The notes below the pieces were generated by a model. The model ran no database searches, had not been told where the DNA came from, and saw only the letters and a program-made list of their open reading frames with translations. The position numbers were made by a program, and so were the translations under genes. From assembly GCA_016867715.1 (NCBI GenBank), contig VGIW01000007.1, positions 717 through 64,716 on the forward strand: a stretch of DNA of 64,000 nt, given 5' to 3'. Origin of the DNA: Candidatus Eiseniibacteriota bacterium (GTDB lineage: Bacteria; Orphanbacterota; Orphanbacteria; Orphanbacterales; Orphanbacteraceae). Below, one piece after another: positions 17,988 to 27,191 of this stretch; within the stretch, counting starts at the first letter, position 1; every line of letters starts with the position of its first letter.

Positions 17988-18000
17988 GGCGGTTTCCGCC
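17988..18000 (-). terminator. Small GC hairpin followed by a T5 tract when read on the minus strand (intrinsic-terminator-like)
   Basis: Plus-strand AAAAAGGCGGTTTCCGCC; the minus-strand reading is GGCGGAAACCGCC followed by TTTTT. There is no minus-strand gene immediately upstream, so see the findings. Confidence 0.3.
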
Positions 18001-18012
18001 TTCCCGAAGCGG

Positions 18013-18041
18013 TTCTCCCCCGGGCGTCTCTCCGGTATACT
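18013..18041 (+). promoter_or_regulatory. Candidate promoter (TTCTCC, 17 nt spacer, TATACT) for the transketolase-family gene
   Basis: Seen by eye about 50 nt upstream of the RBS AAGGAG and ATG at 18089. Confidence 0.25.
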
Positions 18042-18088
18042 CGTTCCCGAATCGGGCGAGGGTCTTCCAGCCAGCCAAGGAGTCGAAC

Positions 18089-20440
18089 ATGGCGTTTGAA
18101 TTGGGACCGAGGCGCGGGATCGTTGTCGCAATCGCCGGCGAGATAAAAAAGGCGGACCCCCCGCTTTCGGATGAAGACGCGGAGCACTTCGAGACATTCG
18201 ACCTCATCTATCGATCGCTTTGCGCGCTCTTGTACAACTACGTCCCGATGTCGGGACATCCGGGCGGATCGATCTCATCCGGCCCGTTCGTTCAATCGCT
18301 TCTCTTCGATGCGATGGACTACGACCTCTCCGATCCGGACCGCGTGGACGCGGATCTCATCTCCTACGCGGCGGGGCACAAGGCGCTCGGTCTCTACGCG
18401 ATGTGGGCCCTTCGCAACGAGGTGGCCCGGATCGGCGCCCCGGAGCTTCTCCCGAAGGACGAGAGGAAACAGCTTCGTCTCGAGGATCTCCTCGGTTTCC
18501 GGAGAAACCCGGTCACCGACACCCCATTGTTCAAAAAGTTCAGCTCCAAACCACTCGACGGGCATCCTACTCCGGCGACCCCGTTCCTCCGTCTCTCGAC
18601 GGGAGCGTCGGGGGTCGGCGTGGCGACGTCCCTCGGGCTCGCGTATGGGGCGAAGGACTACTACGGCGCCGCGGCACCGCGCGTCCACATCGTCGAAGGA
18701 GAGGGAGGAATGACGCCGGGGCGCGTGGCGGAGGCGCTCGCGGCGGCCGGCACCGCTTCTCTCGACAACGTCTTTCTTCATGTCGACTGGAACCAAGCCT
18801 CGATCGACACGAACCGTGTCTGCCGCGAGGGTACGACGCCGGGCGACTACGTGCAGTGGGATCCGATCGAGCTTCTCCATCTGCACGATTGGAACGTCGT
18901 TCGCGTCGAGGAGGGGAGGGACTTCCGCCGTGTTCTCGCCGCGCAGCGGAAAGCGCTTTCGATCGACAACGGACAACCGACGGCGATCGTCTATCGAACG
19001 GTGAAGGGTTGGAACTACGGCATCACGGGACGCGCCTCGCACGGAGCGGGACACAAGCTCTGCTCCGACGGGTTCTACGAGGCGCTCGATCAGATCCGTC
19101 CGGTGATCGAGCCGAAGCTTCCGCGCTGCTGCGAGGGGGAGCTGCGCTGCAACGGTCCCGACGGCCGCGCGGTGATGGAGGAGTGCTTCTGGGAGGCGCT
19201 CGAGCTCATCCGGAGAGCATTGGAGACCAATCGAGAGACGGTCGACTTCCTCGCAGGCCGCCTGGTCGAGGCGCGGGAGCGCTTGAACCGCCTCGGGAGA
19301 CAGCCGCGCAAGGACGCTCCGAGCGTCGAGAAGATCTATCGGATCGCCTCCGAGTCGGCGGCGAGAGTCCCGGCGGAGCTCGCGCTGAAGCCGGGCGCGT
19401 CGACGACCCTTCGCAACGAGCTCGGACGCGCGCTCGGCTACTATAATAAGGAGAGCGGCGGCGCCCTCTTCGCGGCCGCGGCGGACCTTCTCGGTTCCAC
19501 CAGCATCAATCTCGTGAACGACGGCTTCCCCGACGGCTACTATCACTCGAAGATGAACCCGGACGCCCGTTTGCTTTCGATCGGCGGGATCTGCGAGGAC
19601 GCGATGTCCGGGATTCTCGCGGGTCTCTCCACGTACGGGCGGCATATCGGGGTCGGCTCTTCTTACGGCGCGTTCCTCGCGCCTCTTGGGCACATCTCGG
19701 CGAGGCTGCACGCGATCGGGAACCAGGCGCGGCGCGAGCTTTCCAAGGAGCCGCACAAGCCGATGGTTCTCGTCTGCGCCCACGCCGGGTTGAAGACCGG
19801 CGAGGACGGCCCCACGCACGCGGATCCGCAGGCGCTCCAGCTCCTTCAGGAGAACTTCCCCGCGGGAACCGTCGTCACGCTGACGCCTTGGGATTCGGCG
19901 GAGGTCTGGCCGCTTCTTGCCGCCGCGCTCGCGAAACGGCCGGCGGTGATCGCGCCGTTCGTGACGCGTCCGAACGAGATCGTTCCCGACCGCGCGGCGC
20001 TCCGTCTCGCCCCGGCCGAGGAGGCGGCGAAGGGGGTGTACCGTCTCCGCGCAGCGAAAGGCAAAGCGGACGGAACGGTGGTGTTGCAGGAGAGCGGGGT
20101 CGCATGCGCGTTCGTCGAGGGGGCGCTTCCTCTCCTTGACAAGGAAGGAATCGATCTCGACGTCTACTACGTCGCGAGCGCCGAGCTCTTCGACATGCTT
20201 CCGAGAGAGGAGCGCGAGAGGACCTTTCCCGAGGAGCGCGCGAGCCGTGCGATGGGGATCACCGGCTTCACGCTTCCGACGCTCTACCGCTGGGTCGTGT
20301 CGGAGCGCGGGAGGAAGCACAGCATGCATCCGTTCCAGAAGGGGCATTTCCTCGGGAGCGGGCAGGCGGACATGGTGCTCAAGGAGGCGGGACTCGACGG
20401 GAGGAGCCAATTCGAGGCGATCCGGCGTTTCGTCGCCTAG
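18089..20440 (+). CDS. Transketolase-family thiamine-diphosphate enzyme (long form, about 783 aa)
   Basis: The real start is MAFELGPRRG... with RBS AAGGAG. The ORF-track 5' extension is antisense junk over the GH31 gene. Transketolase N-terminal ThDP motifs are GHPGGSISSGPFV and the DRVDADLISYAAGHKALGLY block. The GDG-like Mg/ThDP site is VEGEGGMTPGRVAEALAAAG...NVFLHVDWN. Confidence 0.75.
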   Translation: MAFELGPRRGIVVAIAGEIKKADPPLSDEDAEHFETFDLIYRSLCALLYNYVPMSGHPGGSISSGPFVQSLLFDAMDYDLSDPDRVDADLISYAAGHKALGLYAMWALRNEVARIGAPELLPKDERKQLRLEDLLGFRRNPVTDTPLFKKFSSKPLDGHPTPATPFLRLSTGASGVGVATSLGLAYGAKDYYGAAAPRVHIVEGEGGMTPGRVAEALAAAGTASLDNVFLHVDWNQASIDTNRVCREGTTPGDYVQWDPIELLHLHDWNVVRVEEGRDFRRVLAAQRKALSIDNGQPTAIVYRTVKGWNYGITGRASHGAGHKLCSDGFYEALDQIRPVIEPKLPRCCEGELRCNGPDGRAVMEECFWEALELIRRALETNRETVDFLAGRLVEARERLNRLGRQPRKDAPSVEKIYRIASESAARVPAELALKPGASTTLRNELGRALGYYNKESGGALFAAAADLLGSTSINLVNDGFPDGYYHSKMNPDARLLSIGGICEDAMSGILAGLSTYGRHIGVGSSYGAFLAPLGHISARLHAIGNQARRELSKEPHKPMVLVCAHAGLKTGEDGPTHADPQALQLLQENFPAGTVVTLTPWDSAEVWPLLAAALAKRPAVIAPFVTRPNEIVPDRAALRLAPAEEAAKGVYRLRAAKGKADGTVVLQESGVACAFVEGALPLLDKEGIDLDVYYVASAELFDMLPREERERTFPEERASRAMGITGFTLPTLYRWVVSERGRKHSMHPFQKGHFLGSGQADMVLKEAGLDGRSQFEAIRRFVA

Positions 20441-20506
20441 CGCTCTTCGGTAGTTCGTTCGTGTGTGAACGATCGGTTTTCGGTTCAGGGCGGAGGGTGC
20501 GGATCC

Positions 20507-23500
20507 ATGAGCGTGGAACTTCGGGAACACGAATCGGCGCTGGCGGCGATCGTCTCCTGGGGGGCGATGGAGCCTCTCCCTCAAGAGATGTCGGTCCGCC
20601 TTCTTCGGGCGGCCGAGGAGCTCGTCGCGTCCGGCGGGGCCGGCGCGGTCGATCCCGTCTTCTGGCACGAGTATCTCGACCGGACGCGCCGTTCGTTCTT
20701 CCTTCGAAGCTTGCCCGACCGCGCGCACCGCGTGCGTTGGGCGGAAACGGCCGCGACGGCGATCGAGATCTCGGGCTACACGCTCGAGATGCTTCTCGAG
20801 CAGCGCCTTCGCGCGCACCCGGATCGGCCGCTCCTGCAAGAGGGGGCGGCCGGCGAGCCGAGACGCTGGAGCTACTCCCAGGTCGCTCGGCGCGCGCGCG
20901 CCTTCGCCGCTGCCTTTCTCCAAGTCGCGGACGGCTCGCCGCGCGTCGCGATCCTCTCGGAGAACTGTGTGGAGGGAGCCTGCGCGGATCTCGCGTGTCT
21001 TATCCACGACATCCTCGTCGCGCCTCTCGATCCGCACTTGAGCGCGGAGACGATCGCTTGGGTCTTCAACGAACTCCGCATCAACCTCGTCGTCACGGAC
21101 TCGGACGAACGGCGAGCGCGCCTCCAGGAAATCCGCTCGTCGGTTCGCGAACCGTACACGATCCTTCTGCTCGACAGCGAGGCGAAGCCGGCGGATCCGC
21201 GGGAGGCGGTTCTCGAGGACCTCGCCTCGCGCCTCTCGCGCGAGACAATCGATCGCCTGCTCGACGCGCGAAAGCGTCTCGGTCCGCGTGAAGCGGCGAC
21301 CGTCATGTTCACCTCCGGATCGACCGGCATGCCGAAGGGAGTCGTCTTCAGCCGGCTCAACCTACTTTCCAAGCGGTTCGCGCGCGCTGCGGCCCTTCCG
21401 GCCGTCGGCGAGGAGGAGGTGCTCTTCTGCTACCTCCCGCTCTTCCACACGTTCGGCCGCTTCCTCGAGCTGATGGGGATGCTCTTCTGGGGAGGGACGT
21501 ACGTCTTCGCAGGAAACCCGTCGAAGGAAACTCTTCTCGCCGGCCTTCGAGAGGTCCGCCCGAGCGGGCTCATCGGGATTCCGCGGCGATGGATGCAGAT
21601 TCGCGAACGCGTGCTGGAGATCGCCGGAGATCGCTCGCCCACGGTCGAGGATTTTCACGAGGTCGTGGGCGACCGGCTCCGATGGGGCCTCTCCGCCGCG
21701 GGTTTCCTCGATCCGAAGGTCTTTCACTTCTTCCAGAGGATGGGCGTCGAGCTCTGCAGCGGCTTCGGCATGACCGAGGGGACCGGCGGGCTCACGATGA
21801 CGCCGCCCGGAGAGTACGAGGACAACACGGTCGGCATTCCGCTCCCTCTCGTCGAGGCGCGCCTCAGCGAGGAAGGGGAGCTCCAGGTCGCCGGACCGTA
21901 CATCGCCGCGTATCTCGACGAGCCCCCTCCCGCGCCCGGCGAGAAGAGATGGCTCCGGACCGGCGACATCTTCCGCGAGCGTCCGAGCGGCTATCTCGAG
22001 ATCGTCGATCGCATCAAGGACATCTACAAGAACAGCCGCGGGCAAACGGTCGCGCCTCGGCGGGTCGAGTCGAAGTTCACGGATGTCCCCGGAATCAAGA
22101 ACACGTTTCTCGTGGGGGACGGACGCGATTTCAACGCGCTCCTCATCGTTCCCGACGAGGAAGACCCGGTTCTCCGCGCCATTCCCGATCCGGAGAATCG
22201 CCGCGAGTATTTCGATCAGATCGTGACCGCCGCGAATCGAGATCTCGCGACGTACGAGCGCGTGGTGAACTTCGCCGTGATTGAACGCGATTTCGATCAG
22301 GAGCACGGCGAGCTGACCCCAAAGCGATCATTCAAACGTAAAACGATTGAAGCGAACTTCGCCGGCGTGATTCACGAGCTGTACAGGAGCGACTCGGTTC
22401 TTCTCGAGGCGGGGGGCGTGAGAGCGCGGATCCCGCGCTGGTTCTACCGGGATCTCGGGATTCTCGAGACCGATATCGTCGCGGTGAGCACGGGGCTCGT
22501 GAACCGGGTGAGCCGGATGGCGCTGCCGCTCGCCGCGCCGGAGGGATCTCCCGGCGTTCTGGTGGGCGATCTCGAGTACGTCGTCCCGGAAGGCCCGATC
22601 GACCTCGGTCTCTTCGCGCGGCAGCCGGCGCTCTGGATCGGCAATCCTTCCCTCGTCGCCTTCTCGCCGTGCAAGGAGGGATGGGATCTTTCCCTCGGCG
22701 ATGTCTCTCCGCAGGTCCTTCTCCCGATTCGGCGCGCGGAGGAAGCGAGGGAGGACCCGGCGCGAGATCTGCCCGCGACCGGAGGACGCAGGCTTGCGGA
22801 GATCAACCGGCTCTCAGTGCTCGCGCTCTATGCGAAGCCGAAGGAGTCGATCGAAGCGCTGCGCCGGCTCGGCGAGGCTCTCGGATCGGTCGATCTTCGC
22901 GTTGGAAGCGTGATTCGAAGACGCATCGAGGCGCTCGCTCGCCATCCGGACTTTGAGGTTCGGTGTCTCGCGTATCGCACTCTGCTTCTCGACGAGCCGA
23001 TGCCGGACTACGGAGAATTGCTCCCGTCGTTCGTCCTCTCCGGTCTCCCGTTCCTGAACGAGGAGAGCATGGAGGAGATCGCGCGCGCGAACATCGAGCG
23101 CCGCCGGCTCGAGGCGCTTCGCATGCGCTTCCTCAGCTACCGGAATCAGCTCGGGTGGCCGGCGACGCCCGCGGTGCGCGCGCAGTTCGAGGTGTTCTTC
23201 ACGCTGCTCGCCAATTTCGCGCGCTACCACCCCGAGTACTACGCGGCGGTTCGGTCGGAGCTCGTCACCTGGATCCAGCACAAGAGCGATCCGGATCTCG
23301 CCCGTTCCGCGGAGCTCGTGTTCATGCAGCTCGCCGACTGGCATCAGAGGAAGCTCGCTGTCGAGGCCAGGGACGAGGGTCCGGAGGAGTGGAAAGGGAA
23401 GATCGTTCTCGAGGACGGGCTTTCGGCATCCGAGGTGAAGCACATCGAGACCGTTCTCGTGGGGACGACCTTTCTCAAGGAATCGGTGGCGCTCGCGTTC

Positions 23501-25084
23501 GACGCGGAGGCCTTCGACGTCCGGGAGGTGCCGCCGGACGGGATCTGGATCTCCCGCGTGCATTCGCTTCACGACCACCGTCTCTATCGGGTGAGCATCA
23601 ACACGGTCAACGACAAACACTACGACCTCCTGCTCCTGCTCCGCCCGGATCTCGACATGTCGATCGTTCATGACACAAACTTCTGGATGATCGCGATTCG
23701 CGGTTATCCGGAGGGCACCCCGGCCGTGCCGCGCTTCGGCATCTGCCGGCCGGAGCTCGGCGCGATCTCTCTCGCGTTCGTGAGCGATCTCACCGTATGG
23801 GAGCGGATCCGCGAGGCCGCCGATTCCTCGGAATTCCAATCCGTGTGCGGGACCTGGCGGAGCCTCTTCGTCCGCGGCATGGCGGCGTTCTTCCTCGGAT
23901 GGCGAAACAGCGGCCGCAGGATCGTGCCCGGAGCCGTGAATCCGAAGAACGTGGCGGTCTCTGAGCCGGACTTCCGCGAGGGCGCTGTGGTCCTTTCTCT
24001 CGCGGGATGGAAGCCCTATCGGAGTCCGGTCGATCTCGTCGGCCCCATGCTGCGCAACTTCTTCCGGCAGATCGAGCACCACTATCCGCGCTGCCGCCAA
24101 GGGCTCGACATCGGCTGGATCTTCGATGCGTGCGTCGAGGGGCTCGGGCAGGAAGAGGGACGGCGATTCCTCGAGGATTTGCGGTCGCGGATCGGTATCG
24201 AGGAGCTTCCGGGGGACGCGAAAAGGCTCGCGCGGTCGCTCGACGATTTTCTCGATCGCGTGCGCCGCGAATACCATCTTCCAGTCCCGCTCCGATGCGC
24301 GATCGATCGCTACGGCGAGTGGGAACGAGCCGATCCGGAAGCGACTTGGAGCGCGAAGCACCAGATCGTTCGCGAGCTGTTCCGTCTCTATCGGCTTTCT
24401 CGTTTCGGGGCGCTCGCCCGCTACACGCTCTACCGCCGCACGGTCTTCGCCTCGGCGCCGCCCGACGTGATCGAGCCCTTCGATCGGCTGCTCGGGCGCA
24501 TGTTCCGCAATCCATCCGAGCGCCCGACGCGGATGGTCGAGCTATCCGATCTGCAGGCGTCCGTCGCGGGGGACGGGGAGCAGAGAGCGGTCTTCAGCGG
24601 GCTCGTCTTCCCGCAGGCGCGGGCGGCCGTCGAGGTCGTCGCGGTGGGCGATCTCGACCGGAAGCACGTCATCGTGCGGTCGGAGCTGATCGACGAGAGA
24701 GGGGAGAAGTACACGGTGCGCGAGCCGGTCGAGCCGGCGGAGATCGGACAGCTGGTCGGTCTGATCATCCAAGGGGGCTTCCCGAACATCGTTTCGAAGA
24801 ACGACAGGTACCTCGTCGCGATCGACGGACAGGAGCGGGTCGTCGGAGGAGTCTTCTACAAGCTGCACGATCCGAAGGTCGCGCATCTCGACGGGATCGT
24901 CGTCGCCGCGTCCCTCCGGAGGCGCGGGATCAGCGGAGCTCTTCTCGAGGATTTCTGCTCCCGCATGGCGGGCCAAGGGATCGAGGTCGTCACGACCCAC
25001 TACTTCGCGCGGCGCTTCTACCTCGCGCACGGCTTCCATGTGGACAAGGCATGGGGAGGGCTCGTTCGATTGCTTAATACATAA
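20507..25084 (+). CDS. Giant multidomain protein: N-terminal long-chain fatty-acid-CoA ligase (AMP-forming), about 700 aa of unknown function, and a C-terminal GNAT N-acyltransferase domain
   Basis: 1525 aa from MSVELREHE... with RBS GGAGGG. The ORF-track GTG 42 nt upstream is less likely. AMP-binding motifs are TSGSTGMPKGV and GFGMTEGTGG, with a FACS-type linker. The C-terminal roughly 150 aa (HLDGIVVAASLRRRGISGALLEDFCSRMAGQGIEVVTTHYFARRFYLAHGF) is a GNAT fold. Confidence 0.85.
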   Translation: MSVELREHESALAAIVSWGAMEPLPQEMSVRLLRAAEELVASGGAGAVDPVFWHEYLDRTRRSFFLRSLPDRAHRVRWAETAATAIEISGYTLEMLLEQRLRAHPDRPLLQEGAAGEPRRWSYSQVARRARAFAAAFLQVADGSPRVAILSENCVEGACADLACLIHDILVAPLDPHLSAETIAWVFNELRINLVVTDSDERRARLQEIRSSVREPYTILLLDSEAKPADPREAVLEDLASRLSRETIDRLLDARKRLGPREAATVMFTSGSTGMPKGVVFSRLNLLSKRFARAAALPAVGEEEVLFCYLPLFHTFGRFLELMGMLFWGGTYVFAGNPSKETLLAGLREVRPSGLIGIPRRWMQIRERVLEIAGDRSPTVEDFHEVVGDRLRWGLSAAGFLDPKVFHFFQRMGVELCSGFGMTEGTGGLTMTPPGEYEDNTVGIPLPLVEARLSEEGELQVAGPYIAAYLDEPPPAPGEKRWLRTGDIFRERPSGYLEIVDRIKDIYKNSRGQTVAPRRVESKFTDVPGIKNTFLVGDGRDFNALLIVPDEEDPVLRAIPDPENRREYFDQIVTAANRDLATYERVVNFAVIERDFDQEHGELTPKRSFKRKTIEANFAGVIHELYRSDSVLLEAGGVRARIPRWFYRDLGILETDIVAVSTGLVNRVSRMALPLAAPEGSPGVLVGDLEYVVPEGPIDLGLFARQPALWIGNPSLVAFSPCKEGWDLSLGDVSPQVLLPIRRAEEAREDPARDLPATGGRRLAEINRLSVLALYAKPKESIEALRRLGEALGSVDLRVGSVIRRRIEALARHPDFEVRCLAYRTLLLDEPMPDYGELLPSFVLSGLPFLNEESMEEIARANIERRRLEALRMRFLSYRNQLGWPATPAVRAQFEVFFTLLANFARYHPEYYAAVRSELVTWIQHKSDPDLARSAELVFMQLADWHQRKLAVEARDEGPEEWKGKIVLEDGLSASEVKHIETVLVGTTFLKESVALAFDAEAFDVREVPPDGIWISRVHSLHDHRLYRVSINTVNDKHYDLLLLLRPDLDMSIVHDTNFWMIAIRGYPEGTPAVPRFGICRPELGAISLAFVSDLTVWERIREAADSSEFQSVCGTWRSLFVRGMAAFFLGWRNSGRRIVPGAVNPKNVAVSEPDFREGAVVLSLAGWKPYRSPVDLVGPMLRNFFRQIEHHYPRCRQGLDIGWIFDACVEGLGQEEGRRFLEDLRSRIGIEELPGDAKRLARSLDDFLDRVRREYHLPVPLRCAIDRYGEWERADPEATWSAKHQIVRELFRLYRLSRFGALARYTLYRRTVFASAPPDVIEPFDRLLGRMFRNPSERPTRMVELSDLQASVAGDGEQRAVFSGLVFPQARAAVEVVAVGDLDRKHVIVRSELIDERGEKYTVREPVEPAEIGQLVGLIIQGGFPNIVSKNDRYLVAIDGQERVVGGVFYKLHDPKVAHLDGIVVAASLRRRGISGALLEDFCSRMAGQGIEVVTTHYFARRFYLAHGFHVDKAWGGLVRLLNT

Positions 25085-25223
25085 ACATGTCCCGGCGGAA
25101 ACGGCCGCCTCGCGACCGGAAGGCGCATGCCGGCGCGGCCCGAGTACAACCGCAAGATCCGAGAGCATCATCAGCCGCGGTCGGCGCGGACAGCGACTCG
25201 AAACCGACCGCAAGGAGGTCCGG

Positions 25224-27191
25224 ATGCGTCATCTCGCGTGGATACTGCTTCTCTCCTTCTCTCCCGCGCTCGCCGCCATCGATCCGCCGTCCGTTCTCGA
25301 TCCTGAGGAAGCGATCGCCCTCCTCGCGGGCGCGGACGCCTCCCGGTACGCGGGGAACGACCGCGTGGTCGTCTTCGATCGGACGGAGGTCGACGTCGAG
25401 GAGACCGGTCTTTCCCATCGCTACGACCACCGTCTCGTGAAGGTGCTGGATTGGTCCGGCGCGCGCGCCCAGGCAACGCTCCGCTTCGACTACGATCCGG
25501 CGTCGAACATCGTCGAGATTCTCGCGGTGCGCATCCACCGCGCCGACTCGACCATCGTGGACATCGATCCGGCCTCCGTCGTCGACGCCACCGCACCCGC
25601 GCACCTCATCTATTGGGGCGGCCGCATGAGGGTGCTCGGAGTCGGCGCGCTCGAGCCGGGCGACGGGGTCGAGACGATCACCTACAAGAAAGGGTTCCAG
25701 ATCGCCTATCTCGACGCGGAGACCGAGGACGAGCGCTATATCCCTCCGATGCGCGGCCACTTCTACGAGGTCCTTCTCTTCCAGGAAGGTCTTCCCCTGA
25801 TCGAGAAGTCGTACACCGTTCATCTCCCGAAGGACAAGCCGCTCCAGTACTCGGTCTACAACGGCGAGGTGATGAGCAGTCTCACCTTCGGCGAGGATGC
25901 GCACATCTACCGCTTCTGGAGGGCAAACGTCCCCGCGCTGAAGCGCGAGCCGGGCATGCCGGACGTCTCGGACGTCGTCCCGAAAGTGGTGATGGCGACC
26001 GTGCCCGATTGGGAGGAGAAAAGCCGCTGGTTCTACGCCGTGAACGAGGATCGCGATATCTTCGGCTGGAACCTCGAGATCGAAGAAAAGGTGAACGAGA
26101 TCACCCGCGGCTTGAAGACCGAGGACGAGAAGATCGCCGCACTCCTTCACTGGGTCGCGCAGAACATCCGTTATAGCGGCCTCAACATGGGAGAAGGAGA
26201 GGGGTACACGCTCCACCCGAGCACGATGACATTCCGCGACCGTTGCGGCGTGTGCAAGGACATCGCCGGAATGCTGGTCACGATGCTTCGCGTGGCCGGC
26301 TACCCGACGTTCGCGGCGATGACGATGGCGGGCTCGCGCGTCGAGAAGATTCCCGCGGACCAGTTCAACCACTGCGTGGTCGCTCTCCGGAAGGAGGACG
26401 GTTCGTATCTGATGCTCGATCCGACGTGGGCTCCGTGGAACAATCCGATTTGGAGCCGCTGGGAGGGCGAGCAGCACTACGTCATCGGATCTCCGGAAGG
26501 AGAGGATCTGATGATGATCCCCGCCTTCGCGCCCGAGGACAACCTCCTCGCCATCCGGAGCGAAGCGAAGATCCTGAAAGACGGCGCGCTCGAAGGAACC
26601 CTCGTTCTCGACGGGAAGGGGGCCCTGGACGGACGCATCCGGAACGCCGCGGCCGACCGAGCGAAGCGGAATGTCCGCTTGGGAATCGAGGAGTGGCTCG
26701 GCGCGGTTTCTCCCGACATCGAGCTGATCGAGTATCGCTTCACCGATCCGCGCGACTTCACGATCGACTCCTCGCTTAGGATCCGCTACCGGGTCCCGCG
26801 GTTCGCCGACCTTCTCGGAGACGATCTCGTCTTCCGCTCCCCCGCGCTCCGTTTCATCGCGGAGAACGCGAGGCTCTCGAGATTGGCGTTCCTGCCGGAC
26901 AACGAGGAGCGCACGCACGGTGCGTTCCTGTGGGGCCCGCAGAGGATCGCGATCGACGAGACGGTGAACCTTCCCTCCGGCTACAAAGCCGAGGAACCGG
27001 AAGGGACTTCCGTCGAGGAGAAGATCGCGGCCGCCAAGCTGAGCTGGGAAGCGAAGGGCGGCGCGCTCGTCCTGAAGGGTGAAACGGTGATCGAGAAACG
27101 CCAGCTCACCGCCGAGGAGTATGCCGGCGCTCGAAAGGCCCGAAACGCCGTCGTGGATGCATCGAACAACGAACTCTATGCCAAGCGATAG
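25224..27191 (+). CDS. Secreted DUF3857 + transglutaminase-like (Cys-His-Asp papain-fold) domain protein
   Basis: Real start MRHLAWILLLSFSPALAA (signal peptide) with RBS AAGGAGG. The TGase core is RCGVCKDIAGMLVTMLRVAGYPT...HCVVAL...D. Confidence 0.8.
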   Translation: MRHLAWILLLSFSPALAAIDPPSVLDPEEAIALLAGADASRYAGNDRVVVFDRTEVDVEETGLSHRYDHRLVKVLDWSGARAQATLRFDYDPASNIVEILAVRIHRADSTIVDIDPASVVDATAPAHLIYWGGRMRVLGVGALEPGDGVETITYKKGFQIAYLDAETEDERYIPPMRGHFYEVLLFQEGLPLIEKSYTVHLPKDKPLQYSVYNGEVMSSLTFGEDAHIYRFWRANVPALKREPGMPDVSDVVPKVVMATVPDWEEKSRWFYAVNEDRDIFGWNLEIEEKVNEITRGLKTEDEKIAALLHWVAQNIRYSGLNMGEGEGYTLHPSTMTFRDRCGVCKDIAGMLVTMLRVAGYPTFAAMTMAGSRVEKIPADQFNHCVVALRKEDGSYLMLDPTWAPWNNPIWSRWEGEQHYVIGSPEGEDLMMIPAFAPEDNLLAIRSEAKILKDGALEGTLVLDGKGALDGRIRNAAADRAKRNVRLGIEEWLGAVSPDIELIEYRFTDPRDFTIDSSLRIRYRVPRFADLLGDDLVFRSPALRFIAENARLSRLAFLPDNEERTHGAFLWGPQRIAIDETVNLPSGYKAEEPEGTSVEEKIAAAKLSWEAKGGALVLKGETVIEKRQLTAEEYAGARKARNAVVDASNNELYAKR

